Assembly: GCA_038214255.1 (NCBI GenBank)
Contig: JBBQRZ010000009.1
Span: forward strand, 25,129 to 89,128
DNA: 64,000 bases
Reading direction: 5' to 3'
Source of the DNA: Candidatus Limnocylindrales bacterium
GTDB lineage: Bacteria; Chloroflexota; Limnocylindria; Limnocylindrales; CSP1-4
This document shows positions 54,469-63,728 of the stretch, piece by piece (the stretch's first letter is position 1; every line of letters begins with the position of its first letter). A program made the position numbers and the translations under genes. The notes beneath the pieces were generated by a model. It was not told where the DNA came from, made no database searches, and saw only the letters and a list, made by a program, of their open reading frames with translations.

Positions 54469-56550
54469 ATGCTGGCGATCGACCCGGACGCGCTCCTCGA
54501 CGACCTCGATCCCGCCCAGCACGATGCCGTCGTCACGACCCGCGGCCCGCTCTGCATCCTGGCCGGGGCCGGCACGGGCAAGACACGGGTGATCTCCCGC
54601 CGGGTGGCCTACGCCCTGGCGACCGGGGTCGTGCGGCCGCGCGACGTCCTGGTCGTGACGTTCACGGACAAGGCCGCGGGCGAGATGCGGGCGCGTCTGG
54701 CCGCCGCGGGTCAGGGGGCGGTCGCCGCCTCCACGTTCCACGCCGCGGCCCTTCGCCAGCTTCGTCATTTCTGGCCGCGGATCCACGGCAACGAGGCGCC
54801 GGGGATCCTCGAGGGCAAGGCGCGCCTGCTGGGACCGCTCGCGGCGTCGTTGCCCGGCGGCTTTCGCTATCTGGCGGTCCGCGACCTCGCAGCCGAGATC
54901 GAGTGGGCCAAGGCGCGCCGACTCGATCCGGGCCGGTACCGTGCCGGCGTCGAGGCAGCCCGTCACGATGGCCCGCTGCCGGTCGACCTCATGGCGGGCT
55001 TGTACCGCCGCTACGAGGCGGCCAAGGACCGGGCCGGCCTGATCGACTTTGAGGATATGCTCGCGCGGACGGTCGAGCTGCTCGAGACGGACCCTTCGGT
55101 CGCCGCCGAGGTGCGTGATCGGTACCGCTGGTTCTCGGTCGATGAGTTCCAGGACACCAATCCGCTTCAGGCCGCGCTCCTCGACGCCTGGCTCGGCGAC
55201 CGCGACGACCTCGCCGTCGTCGGCGACGAGGACCAGACGATCTACACGTTCACCGGCGCCTCGAGCGATCACCTCACCGGGTTCGTCGATCGGTTCCCGA
55301 CCGCGCGGGTGGTGCGCCTCGAGACGAACTTCCGCTCCACGCCCCAGGTCCTGGCCGTCGCCAACCGCCTGCTAGCCGCCGGTCGCACCGCGGCCAGTGA
55401 ACGGGCTCCCGGGAGGCCGCCTCGACCGGCCAAGCGCCTGGTCGCCAGCCGGCCGGAGGGGCCCGAACCGACGATCGTGGGATTCGAGTCCGACGAGGCT
55501 GAGATCGTGGGGCTCGTCGCCGCGATCCAGCGCCTGGCCCGAGACGGCGGGAGCCACGCGACGATGGCCGTGCTGGTCCGGACCAATGCGCAGCTGCCCT
55601 CGCTGGAGTCGGGCCTCGGGGTGGCCGGCGTCCCGTTCCACGTCCGTGGCGAGCGGTTCTTCGCGCGTCCCGAAGTGCGCCGCGCGCTGCGGGTCGCGGC
55701 CACGCTCGCGGAGCCGCCGCGCCACATGGCCGCGGAATCCGGGCCCGGCGACCACGGCCCCGCGCGGACCGGGCTGCGGACCCGCCTGGCCACCGCCTTC
55801 GAGCGCGAGCTCGGCGTGCGAGCGGACGAGGTCCCCGAGAGCGATGCGGCCCGCGAACGACACGCCGCGGTGGTCACGCTCCTCAACCTGGCGGACGACC
55901 TCGTGCGGAGCGACCCGGCCGCCGGCGAGGCCGAGTTCCTTGCCGACACGCAACGGCGAGCCGAGGCGGAATCTGGCGGTGCGGCCGCGGGTGTCGAGCT
56001 GCTCACCTACCATCGAGCGAAGGGCCTCGAGTGGGACGCCGTGTTCCTCCCAGCGCTCGAGGAAGGCACGCTGCCGATCCGCCAGGCGACCGAGCCCGAC
56101 GAGCTCGCCGAGGAACGTCGGCTGCTCTACGTCGGGATCACGCGGGCGCAACGCCACCTGTGGATGTCATGGGCCCGCCGGCGCTTGGGATCGAGCGGCC
56201 GCGAGAGCCGTCGGTCTCGCTCGCGCTTCCTCGACGCGCTTGCGCCGGCCTCGCCACGTCCGCATCGCGAGGCCGGCGCCGCCTCCGGTCGAGGCACGGC
56301 CGAACGGGCCCCAATGCCGGCGCCCGCCGATCGTTCTCCCCTCTCGAATGCCCTGCGCACGTGGCGCACGGAGCGGGCCCGCGCCGACCAGGTCGCCCCG
56401 TTTATCGTGTTCCACGATGCGACCATCGAGGCGATCGCGGCGCGGCGACCGCGCTCGATCCCGGAATTGCGCCGCGTGCCCGGGATCGGCCCGATGAAGC
56501 TCGAGCGCTATGGCGAGGAGCTGATCGCCGTCATCCTCCGGTCCGGCTGA
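54469..56550 (+). CDS. uvrD2: ATP-dependent DNA helicase, UvrD/PcrA family with a C-terminal HRDC domain (UvrD2-type)
   Basis: SF1A motifs AGAGTGKT, VVTFTDKAAGEM, VDEFQDTN, VGDEDQTIYTF, TYHRAKGLEWD and LLYVGITRA. HRDC tail LRTWRTERARADQVAPFIVFHDATIEAIAARRPRSIPELRRVPGIGPMKLERYG. Confidence 0.9.
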   Translation: MLAIDPDALLDDLDPAQHDAVVTTRGPLCILAGAGTGKTRVISRRVAYALATGVVRPRDVLVVTFTDKAAGEMRARLAAAGQGAVAASTFHAAALRQLRHFWPRIHGNEAPGILEGKARLLGPLAASLPGGFRYLAVRDLAAEIEWAKARRLDPGRYRAGVEAARHDGPLPVDLMAGLYRRYEAAKDRAGLIDFEDMLARTVELLETDPSVAAEVRDRYRWFSVDEFQDTNPLQAALLDAWLGDRDDLAVVGDEDQTIYTFTGASSDHLTGFVDRFPTARVVRLETNFRSTPQVLAVANRLLAAGRTAASERAPGRPPRPAKRLVASRPEGPEPTIVGFESDEAEIVGLVAAIQRLARDGGSHATMAVLVRTNAQLPSLESGLGVAGVPFHVRGERFFARPEVRRALRVAATLAEPPRHMAAESGPGDHGPARTGLRTRLATAFERELGVRADEVPESDAARERHAAVVTLLNLADDLVRSDPAAGEAEFLADTQRRAEAESGGAAAGVELLTYHRAKGLEWDAVFLPALEEGTLPIRQATEPDELAEERRLLYVGITRAQRHLWMSWARRRLGSSGRESRRSRSRFLDALAPASPRPHREAGAASGRGTAERAPMPAPADRSPLSNALRTWRTERARADQVAPFIVFHDATIEAIAARRPRSIPELRRVPGIGPMKLERYGEELIAVILRSG

Positions 56551-56787
56551 CCCGCCGCCGATGGTCACGGTTGACAGAACAGGTGTTCGCCTGCCACAGT
56601 AATTGCACAACCGGTCCGTAACGACGGGCCCGGTCGAGCGCCTCGAAACGGACGCTCCCGGTTCCCCGCCAGGACCACAACACCGCTCCGGCCCTCCATT
56701 CCGGCTGTCCAGAGCGGAACCATCAAGGCCGCGGCCCGTGGCAAATCACGCCACCGGCGCGCCAGAAAGCACCGAGAACAACGCACC

Positions 56788-56976
56788 ATGATGACCCGAT
56801 CTGGGACCACGACCTTTGCTGGTCGTGCGAGCAACATGCGCCGCCTGCGGCGGCGCGCATCGTCCGCCACCCGTCCCTACTGCAGCACCAACGGCTGCAC
56901 GAGCTTCCTCGAGGTCGACCCGACCACCGGCGTCGCCTTGTGTCCGATTTGCGGCTTCGTGCGCCGCTCGCACTGA
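56788..56976 (+). CDS. Hypothetical Arg-rich small zinc-ribbon protein (62 aa)
   Basis: CSTNGC...CPIC (CX4C-X14-CX2C). Basic N-terminus. Preceded by a ~235-nt less GC-rich leader containing TTGACA. Followed by a perfect hairpin. Confidence 0.4.
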   Translation: MMTRSGTTTFAGRASNMRRLRRRASSATRPYCSTNGCTSFLEVDPTTGVALCPICGFVRRSH

Positions 56977-56980
56977 GCCC

Positions 56981-57010
56981 GGTCATCCCGTCGCGTGCGG
57001 CGGGATGACC
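56981..57010 (+). terminator. Perfect 10-bp stem hairpin after the zinc-ribbon ORF
   Basis: GGTCATCCCG (56981-56990), a 10-nt loop, then CGGGATGACC (57001-57010). No T-tract follows, so it may be a terminator or an RNA stability/regulatory element upstream of the aminotransferase gene. Confidence 0.45.
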
Positions 57011-57045
57011 CACCACACGGCCCGGGGAACCGCCATCCTCCGGTC

Positions 57046-58410
57046 ATGACCCCCACGAAGCCGCTCGACCGCGGTCGTCTCGCGACACTCATGGCGGACG
57101 AGACCGCCCGGTTCGCCGTCGACCACCCGCGGTCCCACGACCTGCACGAGCGCGCCAAGGGCTCGCTCCTTGACGGCGTCCCGATGAACTGGATGGTCAA
57201 GTGGGCCGGTCCATTCCCGCTCTTCGTCGACGAGGCGTCGGGGGCCCGATTCACCTGCGTCGACGGCCACGAGTACATCGACCTCTGCCTCGGCGACACC
57301 GGGGCGATGGCCGGACATGGGCCGGAGCCCACGATCGCCGCGGTCGAGCGCCAGCTGCGGCGTGGGATCACCCACATGCTCCCGACCGAGGACGCCATCT
57401 GGGCCGGGGAGGAGCTGCGCCGCCGGTTCGGGCTTCCCGCCTGGCAGTTCACGCTGTCGGCGACCGACGCCAATCGGTTCTCGCTCCGCCTCGCGCGCCA
57501 CATCTCCGGCCGATCCAAGGTCGTCGTGCACGACCACTGCTACCACGGCTCGGTGGACGAAGCGATCGCCGAGCTCGACGCCGGCCGCAACGTCATCCCC
57601 GTCAAGGGCTCCGTCGGGCCGCAGGTCGACGTGGCGACGACGACCCGAGTCGTCGAGTTCAACGACGTCGAAGGCCTCGCCCGCGCGCTCGAAGATCGCG
57701 ACGTCGCGGCCGTGCTCATCGAACCGGCGCTCACCAATGTCGGCATCGTCCTGCCCGAGCCCGGATATCTCGATGCGGTCCGCGAGCTGACCCGGCGGAC
57801 GGGCACGATCCTCATCATCGACGAGACGCATACGATCTGTGCCGGTCCTGGCGGCGCCACCGGAGTGTGGGGCCTCGAGCCGGACATGCTCGTCATCGGC
57901 AAGACGATCGGTGGCGGCATCCCGGCCGCGGCCTACGGGATGTCGGCGTCGATCGGCGATCGCGTCCGCGCCACGATCCCGCTCGAGGAGTCCGACGTCG
58001 GCGGCATCGGCGGCACGCTGGCGGGATACGCGCTCTCCCTTGCGGCGATTCGCGCAACGCTGGACGAGGTCCTGACCGACGACGCGTTCGGACGGATGAT
58101 CCCGCTCGCCGAGCGCTGGGCCGCCGGCGTGGACTCGATGATCGCATCGCGCGGCGTGCCGTGGCACGTCACCCGCCTGGGCGCCCGCGCCGAGTATCAC
58201 TTCATGCCGTCGCCGCCGCGGACCGGGGCCGAGCAACACGCTCACGGCGATTTCGAGCTCGAACGGTTCCTCCACCTCTGGGCGATGAACCGGCGGGTCC
58301 TCATGACGCCGTTCCACAACATGGCGCTCATGTCGCCGGCCACGACCAAAGCGGACGTGGACCGGCACACCGAGGTGTTCGGCGAGGCCGTGGACGCGCT
58401 CTTCGCCTAG
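57046..58410 (+). CDS. Class III (PLP-dependent) aminotransferase, glutamate-1-semialdehyde-aminomutase-like
   Basis: YIDLCLGDTGAMAGH, SATDANRFSLRLAR, LIEPALTNVGIV, ILIIDETHT and VIGKTIGGGIPAAAYG (PLP Lys) blocks. ATG 57046 is preferred. Confidence 0.85.
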   Translation: MTPTKPLDRGRLATLMADETARFAVDHPRSHDLHERAKGSLLDGVPMNWMVKWAGPFPLFVDEASGARFTCVDGHEYIDLCLGDTGAMAGHGPEPTIAAVERQLRRGITHMLPTEDAIWAGEELRRRFGLPAWQFTLSATDANRFSLRLARHISGRSKVVVHDHCYHGSVDEAIAELDAGRNVIPVKGSVGPQVDVATTTRVVEFNDVEGLARALEDRDVAAVLIEPALTNVGIVLPEPGYLDAVRELTRRTGTILIIDETHTICAGPGGATGVWGLEPDMLVIGKTIGGGIPAAAYGMSASIGDRVRATIPLEESDVGGIGGTLAGYALSLAAIRATLDEVLTDDAFGRMIPLAERWAAGVDSMIASRGVPWHVTRLGARAEYHFMPSPPRTGAEQHAHGDFELERFLHLWAMNRRVLMTPFHNMALMSPATTKADVDRHTEVFGEAVDALFA

Positions 58411-58428
58411 CGTTTCCAGGTCTCCGCG

Positions 58429-58887
58429 TTATCGATCGGCCCGGCACGCCTCATCGAACCGTGCGAGCTCAGCGGCCCGATCCAGCGGCCGGCGATGTTG
58501 TCGATCCGTCGGCGCCTCGCCGTTGAGCCGCGCGATCGCCCGATCGGCAGCGTCAAGCACGCCCACGAACTCCCGCCGCAGTACCGGCCGCGCGATCGTC
58601 GAGACCGCCGACGCACGCTCCAACAGGGTGTCCCGGCGCGCCGGGAGCGTCCGGACCTCCTTGTCCGTCTCGATCCAGGGCGGCGCCATGCCGGCGTTGC
58701 GGAGCGTGCGGTGGGCCATCGCGCGATCGCCGGACGCCGAGTCGTCCTCGAGCGGCAGCGGGCTCCCCTGGTGAGGGAGGCCGTCGAAGGCACCATCGCC
58801 CATGGCCTCGCGGATCTGGCGCTCGACGAGGCTCTCCCACGCCCGTCCGAGCTCGCGGCCGTGGCGATTGCGCGGCTCCTGACTCAC
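58429..58887 (-). CDS. DUF1992 (DnaJ-homologue C28-like) domain protein
   Basis: WESLVERQIREAMGDGAFDGLPHQGSPLPLEDD is the DUF1992 signature. The GTG start at 58887 is tentative. Confidence 0.65.
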   Translation of the reverse strand: MSQEPRNRHGRELGRAWESLVERQIREAMGDGAFDGLPHQGSPLPLEDDSASGDRAMAHRTLRNAGMAPPWIETDKEVRTLPARRDTLLERASAVSTIARPVLRREFVGVLDAADRAIARLNGEAPTDRQHRRPLDRAAELARFDEACRADR

Positions 58888-58950
58888 GCTCCTGAATCTA
58901 GCGCGGCTCGTGACAGGCGAGCTGACGCCACGCGCCGGTAAGGTGGACAT

Positions 58951-61900
58951 GTGCACAAGGCCCCCGACGGCACCGTCATCGTCAGTGCAACGGATCTCGT
59001 CGGCTATCTCGCCTGCGACCACCTCGCCACTCTGGAACTCGGACGAGCCGAGGAACGATGGGAGCGTCCGCACCGACGCGAGGACCTGACAGTCCGGCTG
59101 ATGCAGGATCGTGGCGACGCCCACGAAGCGGCGCATCTCGTGCGCCTACGAGACCAGGGCCGTCGCGTCATCGAAATCGACAAATCCGAGCTGACAACGC
59201 CCGAGCGACTTCGCGAAGCCGAGGCCGCCACGGTGGCCGCGATGCGCGAAGGCGTGGACGTCATCTACCAGGCCACCTTCTTCGACGGTCGATGGCGCGG
59301 GCACGCGGACTTCCTCTATCGGACCGAACGCCCAAGCCCGCTACTCGGCGACTACAGCTACGACATCGCCGACACGAAGCTGTCTCGCGGAGTCAAGGCG
59401 GCCGCGATCATCCAGATGTGCGTCTACGCCGACTTGCTCGAACGGCTGCAGGGCATCGCGCCGACGACCATCTACGTGGTCACTGGCGACGGGGTCGAGC
59501 ATCCGCACCGCCTCGAGGACTATGGCGCGTATTACCGCCACGCGAAGGCCCGATTCGAGGCGCGGGTCCTGGGCGGCTCGGGCGCGCTGTCCACCTACCC
59601 GGACCCGGTCGATCACTGCCGCGTCTGCGTCTGGTACCCGCGCTGCATCCAGCAACGTCGCGACGACGATCACCCGTCGATCGTCGCCGGGATGCGCCGG
59701 GTCGACACGGAGCGGTTGATGGACGGCGGAGTGCCGACCCTCACTGCGGTCGCCAAGCTTGGGGCTGACGCGACCGTAAGGGACGTCCCGGGTCGCACGC
59801 TGCGACGGCTGAGCGATCAAGCTCGATTGCAACTCCATGAGCGCGTGACCGGCACCCGTGTCTACGAACTCATCCAGCCCGAGCCGGATGCCACGGGTCG
59901 CGGCCTCGCAGCGCTACCCGAGCCGACCCCATGGGACGTTTTCTTCGACATCGAGGCCGATCCATGGGCCCTGGATGGCGGCCTCGAATATCTGCTGGGC
60001 ATGGCGGTCCTGGTCGATGGCGAGGAAGCATACCTGCCGTTTTGGGGCCATGACCGCGAAGAGGAGAAGGCGGCGTTCGAGTCGTTCATCGACTTCGTCA
60101 TCGCCCGACTCGACGCCCATCCCGAGCTCCACGTTTACCACTACGGCGGCTACGAAACCGGCGCGGTCAAGCGGCTCATGCAGCGCCATGCGACCCGAGA
60201 GGACGACGTCGATCGATTGCTCCGCGGCGGCGTGTTCGTCGACCTGCTCAACGTAGTGCGCCAAGGCGTACGCGCTTCCGTTGAGTCGTACTCACTCAAG
60301 CAGATCGAGAAGTTCTACCTCGCCCAGCGCGAGGGCCCGGTCACCGAGGCCGGCTTCAGTGTCGTCGAGTACGAACGCTGGATGCAGGTACGCGATGACT
60401 CGATCCTGTCGGGCATCGCCGACTACAACCGAGATGACTGCGTGTCCACGCTCCGACTTCGCGACTGGCTCGAAGGTCGGCGAACAGAAGCCATGAACGA
60501 GTTCTCAGACGCCGATTGGGCGCGTCCCGCCGCTCGAGACGGGGCGCCGAGCGAGGGGCAGACTGCCCGAGCGGCGGAGATCCAGCAGCGCATCGATTCC
60601 CTTACGCACGGCGTGCCTGCGGATCGAAACCGTCGAACCCCCGAGCAGCACGGTCGATGGCTGCTCGCACAACTGCTGGACTGGCATCGACGCGACGACA
60701 GGCCGGCGTGGTGGCTGTGGCACGACCTTCGATCAAAGTCAGCTGAGGCTCTGATCGAGGCCAGCGAGGGGATCGGCAGTCTGCAATTCGAGTCGGACGT
60801 CGAGCCACGGGCCCGAAGCATCGTCCGGCGCTATCGATTCCCACCGCAGGACCATAAGTTCCGCCCCGGCAGCCACACCGTCGACCCCGCTCGTGGCGAC
60901 TTTGGGAGTGACGCTGGCGACGTGGTGGCGGTCAACGATGTTCTCGGAACCATCGACCTGTTGCGTGGACCGACGCGCCTCGACTATCACCCGTCAGCCC
61001 TGATCCCGGGCAAACCCATCGGTGCCGGGCCAATGCCCGATGCCCTCCTGCGGATCGCCGACCACGTCCTGGAGCGAGGTATGGAAGGTCCAGGACCATT
61101 TCAGGCGGCGCGAGATCTGCTCCTCCGGAATCCACCCCGGGTTGTCGGCACGCCCGTCGGAAGTGCCCTCCGCGAGCCGGCTGAAACGGCCTTCGATGCA
61201 GCCATCCGTGTCGCCGACGCTCTGGACGGGACGGTCCTGCCGATCCAGGGCCCGCCAGGCACCGGCAAGACCTACACCGGGGCGTGGATGATCATCGACC
61301 TGCTTCGACGAGGGCGGAGGGTCGGTATCGCCGCCCAATCGCACAAGGCCATCTCGAACCTCCTGTTCGAGATCTGTGCGGCAGCAAGCGAAACCACGTT
61401 TCCACTCCGTGCCGTTCAGCGGTGCGATACCGGAGATGAGGTGCGGAATCACGCCGGTGTCCGCCTCGCCACGAACAACGCCGACGTGGAGAACGGGCTC
61501 CGCGACGGGACATTCCATCTGGCTGCCGGGACTTCGTGGCTGTTCGCTCGCGAGGAGATGCTCGGCGCGGTCGACGTCCTGTTCGTCGACGAAGCTGGGC
61601 AGATGGCACTCGCGAATGTCATCGCGATGAGTGGCGCCGCAGCGTCGATTGTTCTCCTTGGCGATCCGAACCAGCTTCCCCAGGTCAGCCAGGGCACGCA
61701 TCCAGAGGGTGCTGGAGCCTCCGCACTCGAGCACCTGCTGGGCGGGCTCGCGACGATCGATGACCGGCTGGGACTCTTCCTCGACACGACATGGCGGATG
61801 CATCCTTCTGTGAACGAGTACGTCTCCGACACGTTCTACGATGGGAGGCTCGAGGCTCACCCGTCGACGTCGCTCCAGCGGGTGACATCCAAAAATCCCG

Positions 61901-62478
61901 CACTTGATGGTGCTGGCATCCGGTACATCGGAATCGCTCACGACGGCAACGCATCCCGCTCGCGCGAGGAAGCCGACGCTGTCGCGGACGCCATCGCCAG
62001 TGTCCTGGGGCACGACCGGACAGATCGCCACGGCCGTACGAGACCGATCGGCCTTGAAGACCTGATCGTCGTGGCGCCGTACAACGCCCACGTGGCCCTG
62101 ATTCATGGCGCGGTGGAAGCCCGCCTCGGTCCGGGCGTCCCGGTGCGCGTCGGCACCGTCGACAAATTCCAGGGCCAGGAAGGGGCGATCGCGATCTACT
62201 CGATGGCATCTTCGAGCCGCGAGGACGCCCCTCGCGACATGGACTTCCTGTATAGCCGCAATCGTTTGAACGTCGCCGTGTCGAGGGCCCAGGCGATCGC
62301 CCTCGTCGTCGCCAGCCCTCGGCTCCTTGAAGCCGAATGCCACACGGCTGAGCAGATGCGGCTCGTGAACGCCCTCTGCCGCCTTGTCGAGGTCGCTAGA
62401 CACCCAGCCCCATGGATTGCTCCGGCGAGCGATCTGTCGGCCCCGGCAATCCAGGTCCTGACACTCGGCTTCGACTGA
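58951..62478 (+). CDS. Three-module nuclease-helicase: Cas4/RecB-like PD-(D/E)xK nuclease (four-Cys cluster), RNase-H-fold DEDD-like exonuclease (TM0106 family), and SF1B Upf1/Dna2-like helicase
   Basis: Nuclease: GHADFLY, YDIADTKLS, IIQMCVYADLL, plus Cys in LACDH and CRVCVWYPRC. Exonuclease: VFFDIEADPW, VYHYGGYE, IADYNRDDC. Helicase: GPPGTGKT, FVDEAGQM, LLGDPNQLPQV, TWRMHPSVNEYVSDTFYDGRL, VDKFQGQE, LNVAVSRA. The GTG start is preceded by AAGGTGG. Confidence 0.9.
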   Translation: MHKAPDGTVIVSATDLVGYLACDHLATLELGRAEERWERPHRREDLTVRLMQDRGDAHEAAHLVRLRDQGRRVIEIDKSELTTPERLREAEAATVAAMREGVDVIYQATFFDGRWRGHADFLYRTERPSPLLGDYSYDIADTKLSRGVKAAAIIQMCVYADLLERLQGIAPTTIYVVTGDGVEHPHRLEDYGAYYRHAKARFEARVLGGSGALSTYPDPVDHCRVCVWYPRCIQQRRDDDHPSIVAGMRRVDTERLMDGGVPTLTAVAKLGADATVRDVPGRTLRRLSDQARLQLHERVTGTRVYELIQPEPDATGRGLAALPEPTPWDVFFDIEADPWALDGGLEYLLGMAVLVDGEEAYLPFWGHDREEEKAAFESFIDFVIARLDAHPELHVYHYGGYETGAVKRLMQRHATREDDVDRLLRGGVFVDLLNVVRQGVRASVESYSLKQIEKFYLAQREGPVTEAGFSVVEYERWMQVRDDSILSGIADYNRDDCVSTLRLRDWLEGRRTEAMNEFSDADWARPAARDGAPSEGQTARAAEIQQRIDSLTHGVPADRNRRTPEQHGRWLLAQLLDWHRRDDRPAWWLWHDLRSKSAEALIEASEGIGSLQFESDVEPRARSIVRRYRFPPQDHKFRPGSHTVDPARGDFGSDAGDVVAVNDVLGTIDLLRGPTRLDYHPSALIPGKPIGAGPMPDALLRIADHVLERGMEGPGPFQAARDLLLRNPPRVVGTPVGSALREPAETAFDAAIRVADALDGTVLPIQGPPGTGKTYTGAWMIIDLLRRGRRVGIAAQSHKAISNLLFEICAAASETTFPLRAVQRCDTGDEVRNHAGVRLATNNADVENGLRDGTFHLAAGTSWLFAREEMLGAVDVLFVDEAGQMALANVIAMSGAAASIVLLGDPNQLPQVSQGTHPEGAGASALEHLLGGLATIDDRLGLFLDTTWRMHPSVNEYVSDTFYDGRLEAHPSTSLQRVTSKNPALDGAGIRYIGIAHDGNASRSREEADAVADAIASVLGHDRTDRHGRTRPIGLEDLIVVAPYNAHVALIHGAVEARLGPGVPVRVGTVDKFQGQEGAIAIYSMASSSREDAPRDMDFLYSRNRLNVAVSRAQAIALVVASPRLLEAECHTAEQMRLVNALCRLVEVARHPAPWIAPASDLSAPAIQVLTLGFD

Positions 62479-62487
62479 CCGTCGACG

Positions 62488-63728
62488 TCAGGTGGCGCCG
62501 AGCTCCCGCCGGACCCAGGCAGCGAGGACCCGGGCGCACGCCTCGACCTCGTCGAGGGGCACGTGCTCGTCGGCGCTGTGGGCGACCTTGACGTCGCCAG
62601 GGCCGTAGATCACGCAGGGGGTCGCGCCGGCATTGATGAACATCTGCATGTCGGCGCCGTAGGGTTCCCCGAGAAGGGCCGGGCGGAGTCCGGTGACCGC
62701 CTCCGCGACCTCGGCGAGGCCGACGGGCAGCGGATGATCCGGCGCGACGCGGGCGGATCCGAACCGGCCGCCGGTGATCTCGACGGTCGCAGCGTGATCG
62801 CGGAGGAAGTCGTCGGCCGCGCAGGCCGCGGCGATACACGCCCGGAGCTCGGCCTCGGCCGCGGCGGGCGTCTGGCCTAGGCGGACGCCGTAACGCCCAT
62901 CGACGGTCACGCCGTCAAGAACCGTCGAGGCCCATTCCCCGCCCCGGACGATCCCCACGATCGTCGGATACGGCAGCCCGAGGCGTTCATCAGCGGGTCG
63001 GTCTCGGCCCCGTTTCGGCGGGTCTCGTCGGCCTCGAGCGCGCGGAGTAGCACGAACAGCTTGTCGAGGGCCGACACACCCTCGCGCCGCTGCGAGGCAT
63101 GCGCCGCCCGGCCGGGGACCGTGAGCCGGAACGTGATCGCGCCCGCGTGCGCGACGACGACGTCGAGGTTTGAAGGCTCCGGGATGATCGCGAGGTCTCC
63201 GGTCACGCCGGCCCGGATCGCCGCGAGGGTGCCCTGCCCGCCGTCCTCCTCGGACGGGACGAACGCCACGACTAGCTCGCCGTCGAGACGACCGAGATCG
63301 CCGCCACGGCCCAGAGCGCGGACCGCGCCCAAGATTGAGGCGACGCCGCCTTTCATGTCACACGCGCCGCGACCGAACAGACGCCCGTCCCGGATCTCGC
63401 CGGCCCATGGGTCGCCGGTCCACGTCGTCGGATCGCCCGGCGGAACCACGTCGAGATGGCCGGACAGGACGACCCGCCGGCCGGCGCTCGGGCCTGCTCG
63501 GCCGATCACGACCGGAAGCGACGTCCGCGCCATCTCCTCGCCCGGCCAGTCGGGATCGGCGCGGATCGCCTCGAGATCCGGCCTGACGATCTCGACGGCC
63601 AGGCCGAGCGCACGGAGGGCGTCCGCCGCCCAGCCGGCGACGGCCTCCTCGGAACCGGTGATGCTCGGGATCCGGACCAGCGCCTGGAGGTCCTCGACCA
63701 GCCGCTCGCGATCGATCGGGTCAGTCAC
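62488..63728 (-). pseudogene. M20-family metallopeptidase (ArgE/DapE/acetylornithine-deacetylase-like), frame-shifted
   Basis: ORF 62907..63728 carries SGHLDVVP, GRGACDMKGG and PSEEDGG. ORF 62488..62958 carries the C-terminal lobe (GADMQMF...ATPCVIYGPGDVKVAHSADEHV). The junction is ...ETDPLMN / LGLPYPTIVGIVRGGEW, with a 1-nt shift at ~62977-62987. Confidence 0.8.

Noticed and set aside
56788-56976. Small ORF downstream of uvrD2 as a WhiB7 orthologue
   Set aside because: Its Cys spacing (CX4C...CX2C) is a zinc ribbon, not the WhiB CXnCX2CX5C Fe-S pattern. There is no C-terminal AT-hook and no obvious leader peptide plus terminator.
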